Of a stretch of DNA of 64,000 bases, positions 1 to 9,420 are shown in pieces. A model generated the notes under the pieces. The model was given only the letters and a program-made list of their open reading frames with translations, did no database searches and was not told the origin of the DNA. Each line of letters begins with the position of its first letter. The stretch's first letter is position 1. A program made the position numbers and the translations under genes. The stretch is from NCBI GenBank assembly GCA_963723685.1, contig CAVRRX010000008.1, positions 469,930-533,929 of the forward strand, read 5' to 3'. Source of the DNA: an uncultured Solirubrobacterales bacterium (lineage in GTDB: Bacteria > Actinomycetota > Thermoleophilia > Solirubrobacterales > Solirubrobacteraceae).

Positions 1-644
1 GACGTGGCGGATCCCGCACCATTTGCGGCGGACTGCTCGACGCTGGGCACAGATGCACTCGGCACAGAGGAAGCAGCCGAAGGCGTGTCGGGTTGTAGGG
101 AGTTGGCTTGGGCGGCACCAGCTGTCGCCGCATCGGGTTGAGCCACGCTTGGCTGGGCCGCACTCCGTTGAGCGCCGCCGGCAGTGGCGGGATCGATTTG
201 AGCAAGACCCGCCACGGCTGGATTTGCCGGGCCAGCCACCACGGGGTTGGCAACTGCCGGGTCGGCGGCGTTGGCCGAGCCGGCCTCGGGCTGCGCGCCG
301 ATCTTCCCCGCCGCCACCGTGGCGTTCACAGCCGTGGACACCGGCGCGCTGACAAGCGGCGTCTTGCGCGGCACAACACGCGCCCCGGCGGCCCCGGCAG
401 CGGCGGCGGCAGGCACACCAGTGCGCTGCATGCGAGCAGCGGCCTCTGTGCTGACGCGCTGCTCCATCTCGGCCGCTCGCTCGGGGGCGCGTCCGGCCCA
501 TTCGCGCAAGCGCTTCATCTCACGAGCCTGGGAGAAGGCAAGCAACGACAGCAGCGCTATCCCCAGCAGCGCCGCGAAGCCGGCGATCGCGCCTACTTTG
601 GTAAAGGAGCTCGTCAGCGAGAGGGCAAGCGGCAGCGCGTTCAC
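1..644 (-). CDS. Membrane-anchored hypothetical protein with Pro/Ala-rich region, running off the window edge
   Basis: Read by hand from GTG at 644: VNALPLALSLTSSFTKVGAIAGFAALLGIALLSLLAFSQAREMKRLREWAGRAPER. It has a TM helix then a low-complexity tail and follows the capD-like gene on the same strand. Confidence 0.65.
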   Translation of the reverse strand, partial: MNALPLALSLTSSFTKVGAIAGFAALLGIALLSLLAFSQAREMKRLREWAGRAPERAAEMEQRVSTEAAARMQRTGVPAAAAAGAAGARVVPRKTPLVSAPVSTAVNATVAAGKIGAQPEAGSANAADPAVANPVVAGPANPAVAGLAQIDPATAGGAQRSAAQPSVAQPDAATAGAAQANSLQPDTPSAASSVPSASVPSVEQSAANGAGSAT

Positions 645-669
645 GGTGTACACGTTCTTAGAGGGAAAC

Positions 670-2745
670 TCATGGCTCCCGGGAGTCTATGAGGGGCGCA
701 GGCGCCTCAGCGCCGTGTCCGGAGCCGAGCGGCCCCCCTTGAGCGCCGTGCCCAGAGACATCCGAGAGCTCGGCGCGCACGGTCGAGAGCTCGGCCACCT
801 TTGCGGCAAGGCCGGCGGCGTCGCCCTCGAACACCAGCAGCCTGATCTCGTCGAACATCGCTTCCACCGTCTCGGGCGAGAGCGGCTCGCGTTCGGCGAG
901 CATGATCTTCTCGGCCCTGGTCGGGCGCGGTTGCTCGTAGCGGTTGAACAGCTCCTCGTGCAGCTTCTCGCCGGCACGCCGGCCCACAATCTCGACGGCC
1001 ACGTCTCGATCGGGGTCAAGCCCCGAGAGCTCGATCATCGCGCGCGCCAAATCCACGATCCGCACGGGCTCCCCCATGTCCAACACGAACACGTCCGCGC
1101 CGCGGTCGCCGTCGGATACGAGCGAGCCCGAGCGAATGATCAGCTGCACCGCCTCCGGGATCGTCATGAAATAGCGCGTCATACGTTCGTCGGTGACGGT
1201 GACCGGGCCGCCGCGCTCGATCTGGCGACGAAAGATCGGCACGACACTGCCGGATGAGCCGAGCACGTTGCCGAAGCGCACGGCCGCGTAGCGAGTGCCG
1301 GCGAAGCGGGCCGTGGCCGCCTCCAGCGCGAACTCCGCAAGCGCCTTCGAGGCACCCATGACCGTCGCCGGCGCGACCGCCTTGTCAGTGGACACGAGTA
1401 CGAAGCGACCAACCCCCATCTCCCCGGCCACATGCGCGACCACGCGCGTAGCGATCGCGTTGTTGCGTACCGCCTCGACTGGATTGGACTCCATCAGGCC
1501 GACGTGCTTGTAGGCGGCGGCGTGGAACACGACGGTGGGACGATGCTCGGCGAATATCTCGCGCATGCGCTCGTCCTCCTTGCAGTCGGCGAGCACCGCC
1601 GCCAGCACCGAGGACTGCACGTGGCGCTCGTCCTGCAGCTCGCGCTGGATCTGAAAGAGGTTGTCCTCGGCGTGGTCGAGCAGCACGATCCGCCGCGGGC
1701 CGACGCGCGCGATCTGGCGGCAAAGCTCCGAGCCGATCGAGCCGCCGGCGCCCGTCACGAGCACGGTCTCGCCGGCCAGATAGGCACCCACGCGATCGAG
1801 CTCCATCAAGACCGGCTCGCGCCCGAGCACATCCTCCACGCGCACCTCGCGCACCTGGCGCGATATCCCGGCCTGGTCTTGGAGCAGCTCGAACACCGTC
1901 GGTAGCGTGCGCACGGGCACCGCCCGAAGCCGACACTCGCGCACAACCCGCGCGCGCGTCGAGCCCGGCGCGGAGGGGATCGCGATGATCACTTCGTCGG
2001 GCTCAGACTCGTCCAGGATGCGTGGCAGGTCGCCTTGGGTGTTGCCACGCACCTTTACGCCGTCGATGCGCAAGCCGTGCTTGCGCGCGTCGTCGTCGAG
2101 GAAGCCGACCGGTTGCAAGCCAAGCTCGCGGTTGCGCAAGATCTCTCGCAGTACAAGCCGGCCGCCGTCGCCGGCGCCGACGATCAAGACGTTGCGCTCG
2201 CTGCGCCCACCGGCGCGAAAGCCTCCGAGTGGGCGCCGCTCGTAGAGGCTGCGGGCGACGACGCGCACTCCGATCAGAAGCAGCAGCGACAGCAGGAAGA
2301 ACAGCGCGATCACGCCGTCCGGCAGCTCCAGCGCGGTCGTACTCGAGCTCGCATCGGCGCCCTGGCCGGCGCCCGCCCCATGATGGGCGAGCAGATGGGG
2401 GATCTGTACGGGGCGCACGACAGCCACGCCGACCACCGCAAGCAGCACGATCACGACGACCGCGCGCGCCACCGCCTCGTAGTCGCGTTGGCCTGAATAG
2501 CGCCAGCGACGCTGATAGACGCGCGAGAGCGCCAGCACCACGAGGCTGCCGCCGAGCACCCACCAGAAGGTGCGATCGAACAGCTTCTCGTAGCGGAGCC
2601 TCTCGTCGCGTCCGGTCTGCCCGCCTGCGAAGCGCAACTCGAAGGCAAGCCAATAGGCAAGCGCGACGAGCGCGACGTCTAGCGCGAGCCTCGGTAGCGA
2701 GTGCCGGGTCAAGGACAAGGCCGGCGCACTGATCCGTCGGCGCAT
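670..2745 (-). CDS. CapD/PglF-like nucleoside-diphosphate sugar dehydratase (polysaccharide biosynthesis protein)
   Basis: N-terminal TM helices; motifs VTGAGGSIGSELCRQ, HAAAYKHV, STDKAV, VRFGNVLGSSGSV and GEKLHEEL. Confidence 0.93.
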   Translation of the reverse strand: MRRRISAPALSLTRHSLPRLALDVALVALAYWLAFELRFAGGQTGRDERLRYEKLFDRTFWWVLGGSLVVLALSRVYQRRWRYSGQRDYEAVARAVVVIVLLAVVGVAVVRPVQIPHLLAHHGAGAGQGADASSSTTALELPDGVIALFFLLSLLLLIGVRVVARSLYERRPLGGFRAGGRSERNVLIVGAGDGGRLVLREILRNRELGLQPVGFLDDDARKHGLRIDGVKVRGNTQGDLPRILDESEPDEVIIAIPSAPGSTRARVVRECRLRAVPVRTLPTVFELLQDQAGISRQVREVRVEDVLGREPVLMELDRVGAYLAGETVLVTGAGGSIGSELCRQIARVGPRRIVLLDHAEDNLFQIQRELQDERHVQSSVLAAVLADCKEDERMREIFAEHRPTVVFHAAAYKHVGLMESNPVEAVRNNAIATRVVAHVAGEMGVGRFVLVSTDKAVAPATVMGASKALAEFALEAATARFAGTRYAAVRFGNVLGSSGSVVPIFRRQIERGGPVTVTDERMTRYFMTIPEAVQLIIRSGSLVSDGDRGADVFVLDMGEPVRIVDLARAMIELSGLDPDRDVAVEIVGRRAGEKLHEELFNRYEQPRPTRAEKIMLAEREPLSPETVEAMFDEIRLLVFEGDAAGLAAKVAELSTVRAELSDVSGHGAQGGPLGSGHGAEAPAPLIDSREP

Positions 2746-2766
2746 TGGCCTTGATTCTAGGGTGTC

Positions 2767-3795
2767 TCAGGGCGACTGTGGGGACAGCAGCAGCTCAACC
2801 AGCCGGCGCGGGTCGCGGCGGACGCGATTTGGCACATCCGCGCGGTCGCGCTTGGCCAGGTCGATCTGCTCAGCGCCCCCCAGCTTGCGCAGGCGCCCTT
2901 CGCCGATCAGGCGCTCGTCGACCGCCCCCAGGCGGCCCTCGAAGGTGGTGTAGACGGGGGTGCCGAGCGCCACCGCCTCGCGGTTCATCGTGCCCCCGGC
3001 CGAGATGACCAGATCGGCGAAGGCGATCAAAGACTGCGCGTCGATCGCCCGCTCGGGCACGGTAAAGCCCTCGACGCCGCGCAGCTGTGCGCGCTGGTCA
3101 GCCGTACGCGGCAGCACTACCGACTGCACCCCCTGTTCATGGGCGGCCTCCCGCAAACGCGTGAGCACGGCGGCGAACAGGTCGTTCTCGAAGCGGTGGT
3201 ACAGCGACACCTCCGGAGGAGTCCGGACGACCACAAGTGGCCTGTCGCGGTCGATCGCAAGCTCGCCAAGCACGGCCTCGTCAGGCTCGAAGTCGGCGAG
3301 GTAGTACTCCTCCTTGAGCCCAACGTAGGAATGAGTCTTGCCCTTCGCGCCGTAGCGACCCAAGCGCCCTGGGGGGATCGCGTCGGGCACGACGACGGCC
3401 TGCGCGAGACGACAGTTGACGTGGTGCTGGACCGCCGCCCACTCGTAGTCGAATGTCGTCGAGCAGGGAATCCGCAACAGCCGCGCCGCAACGCTGATGT
3501 CGTTGGAGCCGTGGCCGATGGCGATGTCGAAGCGGCCCCGGATGGACTCCCGCCGCGCCCAGCGCACGAGTGCCGTCGAGCGGCTGACTAGTCCCACCGC
3601 CTTGTCGGACAGACGTTCGCCGCGGTGATGACCGATGGCCGTGTGGTCGATCGCAAAGCGGTCCAGCAGCTGCAGCGTCTGTGCGAAGTCGCGCGCGGTC
3701 ACGCGCACCTCATGCCCGTCGGCGCGCAGCAGCTCGATCACGGGCCGCATGACGAGCACGTGCGGGCTGTTGGTGAGGTCTATCCAGACGCGCAT
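2767..3795 (-). CDS. DUF354 family protein (GT-B glycosyltransferase-like)
   Basis: MRVWIDLTNSPHV start and AGGTMNREAVALGTPVY motif. Confidence 0.85.
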   Translation of the reverse strand: MRVWIDLTNSPHVLVMRPVIELLRADGHEVRVTARDFAQTLQLLDRFAIDHTAIGHHRGERLSDKAVGLVSRSTALVRWARRESIRGRFDIAIGHGSNDISVAARLLRIPCSTTFDYEWAAVQHHVNCRLAQAVVVPDAIPPGRLGRYGAKGKTHSYVGLKEEYYLADFEPDEAVLGELAIDRDRPLVVVRTPPEVSLYHRFENDLFAAVLTRLREAAHEQGVQSVVLPRTADQRAQLRGVEGFTVPERAIDAQSLIAFADLVISAGGTMNREAVALGTPVYTTFEGRLGAVDERLIGEGRLRKLGGAEQIDLAKRDRADVPNRVRRDPRRLVELLLSPQSP

Positions 3796-3904
3796 CGCTG
3801 GAGCACGCTAGCGCCCGCGAGGGCAGGCCGGTTCTGTCGGCGGGCTGGGGCGGTGCTGTGCTGTGCGGTAGCGGACGCGCAACGACAGGTATCGTTGCGG
3901 GCAC

Positions 3905-4597
3905 ATGGCCCACGTGCTCGTCCTCGCCTCGATCTCAGAATCGCTAGTCAACTCGATAGCGCACTTCGTGCGCGACGCCGGGTTGCCGGGGATTTTCGCG
4001 CTGATGGCGATCTCGAGCGCCTGCATCCCGATCCCCTCTGAGGTGGTGATGCTGTTCGCCGGCTTTGCCGTGGCGGACCCCACGCAAAGCGCGGCGCACC
4101 ACCACATGACGATGACCGGGGTCGTGCTGGCGGGATTGCTCGGCACGATGGTGGGCTCCTGGATCGCCTACGGCATCGGACGCGGAGGGCGCCTGGAGCT
4201 GTTCGAACGACATGGCGCAAAGCTGCACATGGGCCCCGCCCAGATTCAAAGAGCCGACCGTTTCTTCCAGCGCTACGGCGAGCAGACGGTCCTGTTCGGG
4301 CGCATGATCCCACTGGTGCGCGCGTTCGTCTCGCTGCCTGCCGGAGTCTCGCGCATGCCGCTCGGGCGCTTCACCGTGTTCTCGTTGCTCGGCACGATCC
4401 CTTGGGTGCTGGCGCTGGCGTTTGCCGGACATGCGCTCGGCAGCGACTGGACGACCGTGCGCAAGGGCTTTGAGTACGTCGACTACGCGATCGTCCTACT
4501 GATCGTCGTTGGGATCGTCTACGCAGTGATGCGCCGTCGCTCACGACCGCCGGCCACAATGGCCGAGGAGAGCGAGCCCGCGGCCGACGTCAGTTGA
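3905..4597 (+). CDS. DedA family membrane protein
   Basis: PIPSEVVMLFAGF and FGRMIPLVRAFVSLPAG motifs. Confidence 0.92.
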   Translation: MAHVLVLASISESLVNSIAHFVRDAGLPGIFALMAISSACIPIPSEVVMLFAGFAVADPTQSAAHHHMTMTGVVLAGLLGTMVGSWIAYGIGRGGRLELFERHGAKLHMGPAQIQRADRFFQRYGEQTVLFGRMIPLVRAFVSLPAGVSRMPLGRFTVFSLLGTIPWVLALAFAGHALGSDWTTVRKGFEYVDYAIVLLIVVGIVYAVMRRRSRPPATMAEESEPAADVS

Positions 4598-4620
4598 GGC
4601 GCGGCGGGATGCCGGGCTCC

Positions 4621-5592
4621 ATGCGCGAGCTACCTGTGCATCACGCAGCGATCCTCGGCCTGTTGCACGGCCCCACCGAGCTGCTGCCGATCTCCTCCTC
4701 GGCGCACACCACGCTCGTCCCCTGGCTGGCCGGCTGGCCTTACGAGCAACTCGACCCAAGGCTGCGCAAGTCCTTCGAGGTGGCTCTGCACGCGGGCACA
4801 GCGCTCGCGCTGCTCCTACGTCCGCCGCACGAGCGCCAGTACGTAAGGCCAAGCTTCCTGGTCGCGGCGTTGGCGCCGCCGGCTGTGGCCGGCTATGTGC
4901 TGGGCGGACAGATCGAGCAAAGACTGGGAAGCCCAGCCAAGATCGTCGCCGGCTTGCTGGCCGGGTCGGCCGCGATGGGAAGCGCTGAGGTCTACAAAAA
5001 GTGCCATGCCCCCCGCGCGCGCGGGGGGCATGGCCATTTTGAGAGCAACAACCTCCCAGCGCAACAGACCTCAACAGACCCCAACGAGCACCCCGCAACG
5101 TCCCCCATCAAGCAAACAGCCGCAACGGGCTCCTTCGAGCAAGCATCCGCAACGGGCCCCTCCGTGCCAACGGCAAGCACACGGCTAGTTGCAAGTGCCG
5201 ACGCATGCGACGGCCTGGCACTGGGCTTGGCCCAAGCGCTGGCGCTGATCCCGGGTGTGTCGCGCAGCGGCGCCACGTTGGCCGCGGCCAGGGCACGCGG
5301 TTTCTCGCGCCAAGACGCAGACCAACTGTCCTGGACCGTGGGACTGCCGGTGATCGCGGGCGCCACTCTGTTGCAGGGCACGCGCCTGGCACGCCGGCAG
5401 GCACGAGCCGACAGGCCGCGCGCGGCGGCGCTGCCGCTGATCGTGGGCGCGGCGAGCGCATTCTCCTCGACGCTCGCCAGCTCGAAGGCGCTCAATCGAC
5501 GTCGACGCGCGCAACTGCTACCGGCCTGTATCGCCTACAGAGGTGCGCTAGCGGCTCATGTGATCCGGTACATGCGCGATAACACCTCCTAG
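4621..5592 (+). CDS. uppP: Undecaprenyl-diphosphate phosphatase (UppP/BacA) with a ~65-aa internal insertion
   Basis: GPTELLPISSSAH and ALIPGVSRSGAT motifs. Start is uncertain (4594, 4609 or 4621). Confidence 0.88.
   Translation: MRELPVHHAAILGLLHGPTELLPISSSAHTTLVPWLAGWPYEQLDPRLRKSFEVALHAGTALALLLRPPHERQYVRPSFLVAALAPPAVAGYVLGGQIEQRLGSPAKIVAGLLAGSAAMGSAEVYKKCHAPRARGGHGHFESNNLPAQQTSTDPNEHPATSPIKQTAATGSFEQASATGPSVPTASTRLVASADACDGLALGLAQALALIPGVSRSGATLAAARARGFSRQDADQLSWTVGLPVIAGATLLQGTRLARRQARADRPRAAALPLIVGAASAFSSTLASSKALNRRRRAQLLPACIAYRGALAAHVIRYMRDNTS
5003..5034. repeat. 32-bp perfect palindrome, copy 1 of a dispersed family, inside uppP
   Basis: GCCATGCCCCCCGCGCGCGCGGGGGGCATGGC is its own reverse complement. 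Confidence 0.95.
5093..5173 (+). repeat. Three degenerate 27-bp tandem repeats inside the uppP insertion
   Basis: CCGCAACG recurs at 5093, 5120 and 5147; the peptide reads ATSPIKQTA/ATGSFEQAS/ATGPSVPTA. Confidence 0.75.
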
Positions 5593-5675
5593 CACGCCCC
5601 TTCAATCCCAAAAAATAAGCAGCCCACGCTAACGCCGGCTGGCGTTGGCATACTCAGGCATTCGAGGCTCAAACT

Positions 5676-7232
5676 GTGAACAGCGCCATCCTTGGCACCA
5701 CACTCGGCGGTCGCTACCGCCTCGACGAGCAGATCGGCCACGGCGGTATGAGCACCGTCTACCGCGCGTTCGACACCGTGCTCGAACGCGAGGTCGCGAT
5801 CAAGTTGATGCACCGCGAGATCGCCTCGGACTCGGGGCAGCTGGAGCGCTTTCGGCGCGAGGCGCGGGCCGTGGCGCAGCTCAACCATCCGCACATCGTG
5901 ACCGTGATCGACGCGGGCGAGTGGGATGTCGGCGAGAGCACTGGGGCGGCGGACGGCGAGTCGAGCGGGACTCCATACATCGTGCTCGAGCACGTCGCCG
6001 GCGAGACGCTCAAGGATCTGATCCGTCGCGACGCACCGCTGGACGCACCGACGGCGCTTGCCTACGGGATCGAGATGGCACGGGCACTCGGCGCCGCACA
6101 CCTGCGGGAGATCGTCCACCGCGACGTCAAGCCTCAGAACGTGCTGCTCGGCGGAGAGGGCGGCGCGAAGATCACCGACTTCGGCATCGCGCGCACGCTC
6201 ACCGAGGAAGGGCTGACGATGGACGGCCGCGTGCTCGGCACCACCGACTATGTCTCTCCAGAGCAGGCGCTGGGGCAGCCGGTCACCGGCCAGTCAGATG
6301 TTTACTCGCTCGGCGTGGTCCTCTACGAGATGTTGACCGGTGGCGTGCCGTTCAAAGGCTCCTCGCCGGTGGCGGTCGCGATGATGCACGTGCGCGAGGA
6401 GGTCCCAGACGTGCAGCTGGCGCGGCCCGAGGTCTCGGCCGCGACGGCGGCCGTGGTCGAACGCGCCACCGCCAAGGACCTCGAGCGGCGCTACGCGGAC
6501 ATGGCGGCCATGATCGCCGACATGGAGGAGGCGCTGGCGATCGAGACAGCCCGCTCCGGACAGACGACGGGCGAGGTCACCGCCGTGCTGCGCACCCTGC
6601 ACTCGCCGGCCAGACGACTGCTGCCGTGGCGTCTGCGTCACCCGGCGCGCTGGGCGATCTCGCTGGCGTTGCTCGCGGCGATCGTCGCACTCGTGCTGGT
6701 CGCACTGGCGGGCCATACGCACAGCGGCACGGGAGTGGCGCCAGACGTGCATTCAAGCGCCGGAGTCACGCCTATCGTGCTCAAACAGGAAGCGGCCAGC
6801 TCATACAACCCGTTCGGCACCGGGCCAGAACACGCCGAAGACGTGGCAAGCGTCGTCGACGGCGATCTCACGACCTCGTGGAGCACCGAGCACTACATCG
6901 AAGGCAACCTCGGCAAGCCGGGCCTCGGCGTCTCGCTCGACGCCGCTCCGGGCGTGGCCGCGCGCGCGGTCGAGATCCAGACGCCCGCCCCAGGTTTTCG
7001 CGCCGGCGTATACGGCGCGAGCGGCGCGCCCGTCTCAACCTCCTCCAGTAGCAGCGAGAGCCTCACCGAGCTCGGCTGGAAGCAACTCGCGCCGGCGCGC
7101 AAGATCAACGCCCGGACAACGATCGCGATCAACCCGGCGAGACTGGTCTACCGCTACTACCTGGTCTGGATCGTCGCTTTGCCGACGAGAAGCGAAACCG
7201 CGCAGATCTCGGAGATCACTCTGTTCAAGTAG
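5676..7232 (+). CDS. Hanks-type Ser/Thr protein kinase with TM helix and extracellular domain
   Basis: IGHGGMSTVY, VAIK, HRDVKPQN, DFGIA and YVSPEQ motifs. Confidence 0.95.
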   Translation: MNSAILGTTLGGRYRLDEQIGHGGMSTVYRAFDTVLEREVAIKLMHREIASDSGQLERFRREARAVAQLNHPHIVTVIDAGEWDVGESTGAADGESSGTPYIVLEHVAGETLKDLIRRDAPLDAPTALAYGIEMARALGAAHLREIVHRDVKPQNVLLGGEGGAKITDFGIARTLTEEGLTMDGRVLGTTDYVSPEQALGQPVTGQSDVYSLGVVLYEMLTGGVPFKGSSPVAVAMMHVREEVPDVQLARPEVSAATAAVVERATAKDLERRYADMAAMIADMEEALAIETARSGQTTGEVTAVLRTLHSPARRLLPWRLRHPARWAISLALLAAIVALVLVALAGHTHSGTGVAPDVHSSAGVTPIVLKQEAASSYNPFGTGPEHAEDVASVVDGDLTTSWSTEHYIEGNLGKPGLGVSLDAAPGVAARAVEIQTPAPGFRAGVYGASGAPVSTSSSSSESLTELGWKQLAPARKINARTTIAINPARLVYRYYLVWIVALPTRSETAQISEITLFK

Positions 7233-7342
7233 CCGCGTAGCCGCCCGAAGCGCGACCCACGGCCGCAAACGACTGGGACCTAGCCGGGTCCAAGTCCGCA
7301 CGACGTCACGCGCGACGGCCGTGCACAGGCTTGGCGACAGCG

Positions 7343-9292
7343 CTACCCGTTGGCGGGTGGCGTCCCGGCCGCGGGCGCGGGCGTCGCCGGCGTGGTTGGG
7401 GTTGTCGGGGTGGTGGTGGTCGAGGTAGAGGTGGTCTGCTGAGCGAGCACGCCAACGGCAATCGTCACTTCGCCGCCCTTGGCCAGCTTGTGGCCGGCAG
7501 CCGGGCTCTGCTGCACGACTGTCCCGACCTTGCTCGGTTCGGCGACGGTCCGCTGCACGGTATGCGACGTGAGGTCGGCAGCGGTGAGCGTGGCAATTGC
7601 CTGCGCTTCGCCTTGGCCGACGAGCGAGGGCACGACCGCCTGCTTGAGCGCTTGCGCCACCACGATCGTCACCTGTCCTCCGACCCGCAACGACGAGCCC
7701 GCGGCCGGGGACTGCGAGATGACGGTGCCCGGCGTTGGTTCGGCCACTTCACGCTTGACCACCGTCTCTTTCAGCCCGACGGCCGCGAGCGCCGCGGTCG
7801 CCGCTGCCTGCGATTCGCCCGTCACTTCAGGCACGCTGGCTTCCTGGGGGCCGGAGGACACGTATACCGTGACGGGGCTGCCGTGCTGGACCTCGATCCC
7901 CGCGGCCGGGTTCGTCGAGATCACCAGACCTTTTTCGACGCTGCTGCTCGACTGGTTTTGAACGGTCGGCCGGAAGCCCTTCTTGCGCAGGATCTTCAGC
8001 GCTTCGTCGCTCGTCTTGCGAATGACATCGGGCAGTCCAAGGGTTTCCGGCCCGGAGGACACGTAAACGCTCACACGCGAGCCCTTCGCGACGAGCGTCC
8101 CGTGAGGAGGCGTGGTGCCGACCACGAGGCCGTTTGCGACATCCGCGTTGGAGATCAACGAGACCACCGGTGCCAAGCCGGCTCGCTGCAACGACGTCAC
8201 CGCCGCCGGCTGCGTCTCACCCGTCACTTCCGGCACGCTCACGCGCCCCGCCTTCGACCCTGGCAAGAGCAGCAATAGCAGCGCGGCCGCAACGACCGCG
8301 AGCGCCGCAACGCCGGCGGCAATCCACCACGCCCGCTTGCGTTTACGCGCGTCGTCCTCGGGCGAGTGCGTCTCCTCGGGTGGTAGCGGCGGCACGAGGA
8401 GGGCGGCGCCCGCCGCCAGCTGCGTGGGCGGGACACCGTTGAAGGCGGGAGCCGGAGCCGGAGAGATGCCCTCGCGCGCTTGCTGCAGCGCGGCGATGAA
8501 CTCGTCCGCGCTCGCAAAGCGCGCCAGCGGGTCCTTGGCGAGCGAGCGCATCACGACCGCGTCGAGCGCCGGCGTCACTTCGGGGTTGCGCTGGCTCGGG
8601 GGGGTCGGCTCCGCCGAGACCTGCTTGAGCGCGATCGTCACGGCCGACTCGCCCTCGAAGGGCACGCCGCCGGTGAGCAGCTCGTACAGGACGACGCCGA
8701 CCGCGTACAGATCGGAGGTCTCGCCGACCGCGTGACCTTGGGCCTGCTCAGGCGAGAGGTACTGGGCCGTGCCCATGATCGAGCCGGTCAGCGTCATGTC
8801 CGAGGCGCCCGCGCGCGCGATCCCGAAGTCGGTGACCTTCGCGCGCCCCTCCTCGTCGAGGATCACGTTGTGGGGCTTGATGTCGCGGTGGATGATCCCG
8901 CGGCGATGGGCGAAGCGCACGGCAAGCAGGATCTGCACGACGATGTCGGTCGCATCCGACGGCGACAGCGGCCCGTGCTCGCGCACGACCGCCTTCAGCG
9001 AGCGTCCGGGCAGATACTCCATGGCGATGTAATAGGTGCCGTCCCACTCGCCCCGGTCGAACACGGCGACGACGTTGGGGTGCGATAGGCCGGCGGCGCT
9101 CGAGGCCTCGCGACGGAAGCGCTCGACGAACTCCTGGTCCTCGGCAAAGCGATGGTGCAGCAACTTCAGCGCCACCTGCCTGCCGAGCAGCGTGTCGTGG
9201 GCGAGATACACATCGGCCATCCCGCCAGAGCCAAGCCTCGCGGAGACGCGATAGCGCCCGTCGATGACCGTGCCTGCCTCGATCGCGCTCAT
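7343..9292 (-). CDS. pknB: PASTA-domain Ser/Thr kinase (PknB/Stk1)
   Basis: Kinase motifs LGSGGMADVY, HRDIKPHN, DFGIA; TM helix; about four PASTA repeats. Start placed at MSAIEAG. Confidence 0.93.
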   Translation of the reverse strand: MSAIEAGTVIDGRYRVSARLGSGGMADVYLAHDTLLGRQVALKLLHHRFAEDQEFVERFRREASSAAGLSHPNVVAVFDRGEWDGTYYIAMEYLPGRSLKAVVREHGPLSPSDATDIVVQILLAVRFAHRRGIIHRDIKPHNVILDEEGRAKVTDFGIARAGASDMTLTGSIMGTAQYLSPEQAQGHAVGETSDLYAVGVVLYELLTGGVPFEGESAVTIALKQVSAEPTPPSQRNPEVTPALDAVVMRSLAKDPLARFASADEFIAALQQAREGISPAPAPAFNGVPPTQLAAGAALLVPPLPPEETHSPEDDARKRKRAWWIAAGVAALAVVAAALLLLLLPGSKAGRVSVPEVTGETQPAAVTSLQRAGLAPVVSLISNADVANGLVVGTTPPHGTLVAKGSRVSVYVSSGPETLGLPDVIRKTSDEALKILRKKGFRPTVQNQSSSSVEKGLVISTNPAAGIEVQHGSPVTVYVSSGPQEASVPEVTGESQAAATAALAAVGLKETVVKREVAEPTPGTVISQSPAAGSSLRVGGQVTIVVAQALKQAVVPSLVGQGEAQAIATLTAADLTSHTVQRTVAEPSKVGTVVQQSPAAGHKLAKGGEVTIAVGVLAQQTTSTSTTTTPTTPTTPATPAPAAGTPPANG

Positions 9293-9420
9293 TTCGCGCG
9301 ACCCCCCTGTTGGTGGCTTTTGTGCACCCGGCTGCGCCAAGAAAATGGGTTCATGCAACCGACCAGTCGCACGAACTTGCTTTCCTGCGCACCCTACGGG
9401 AAAACAACCGATTGCCGGAA

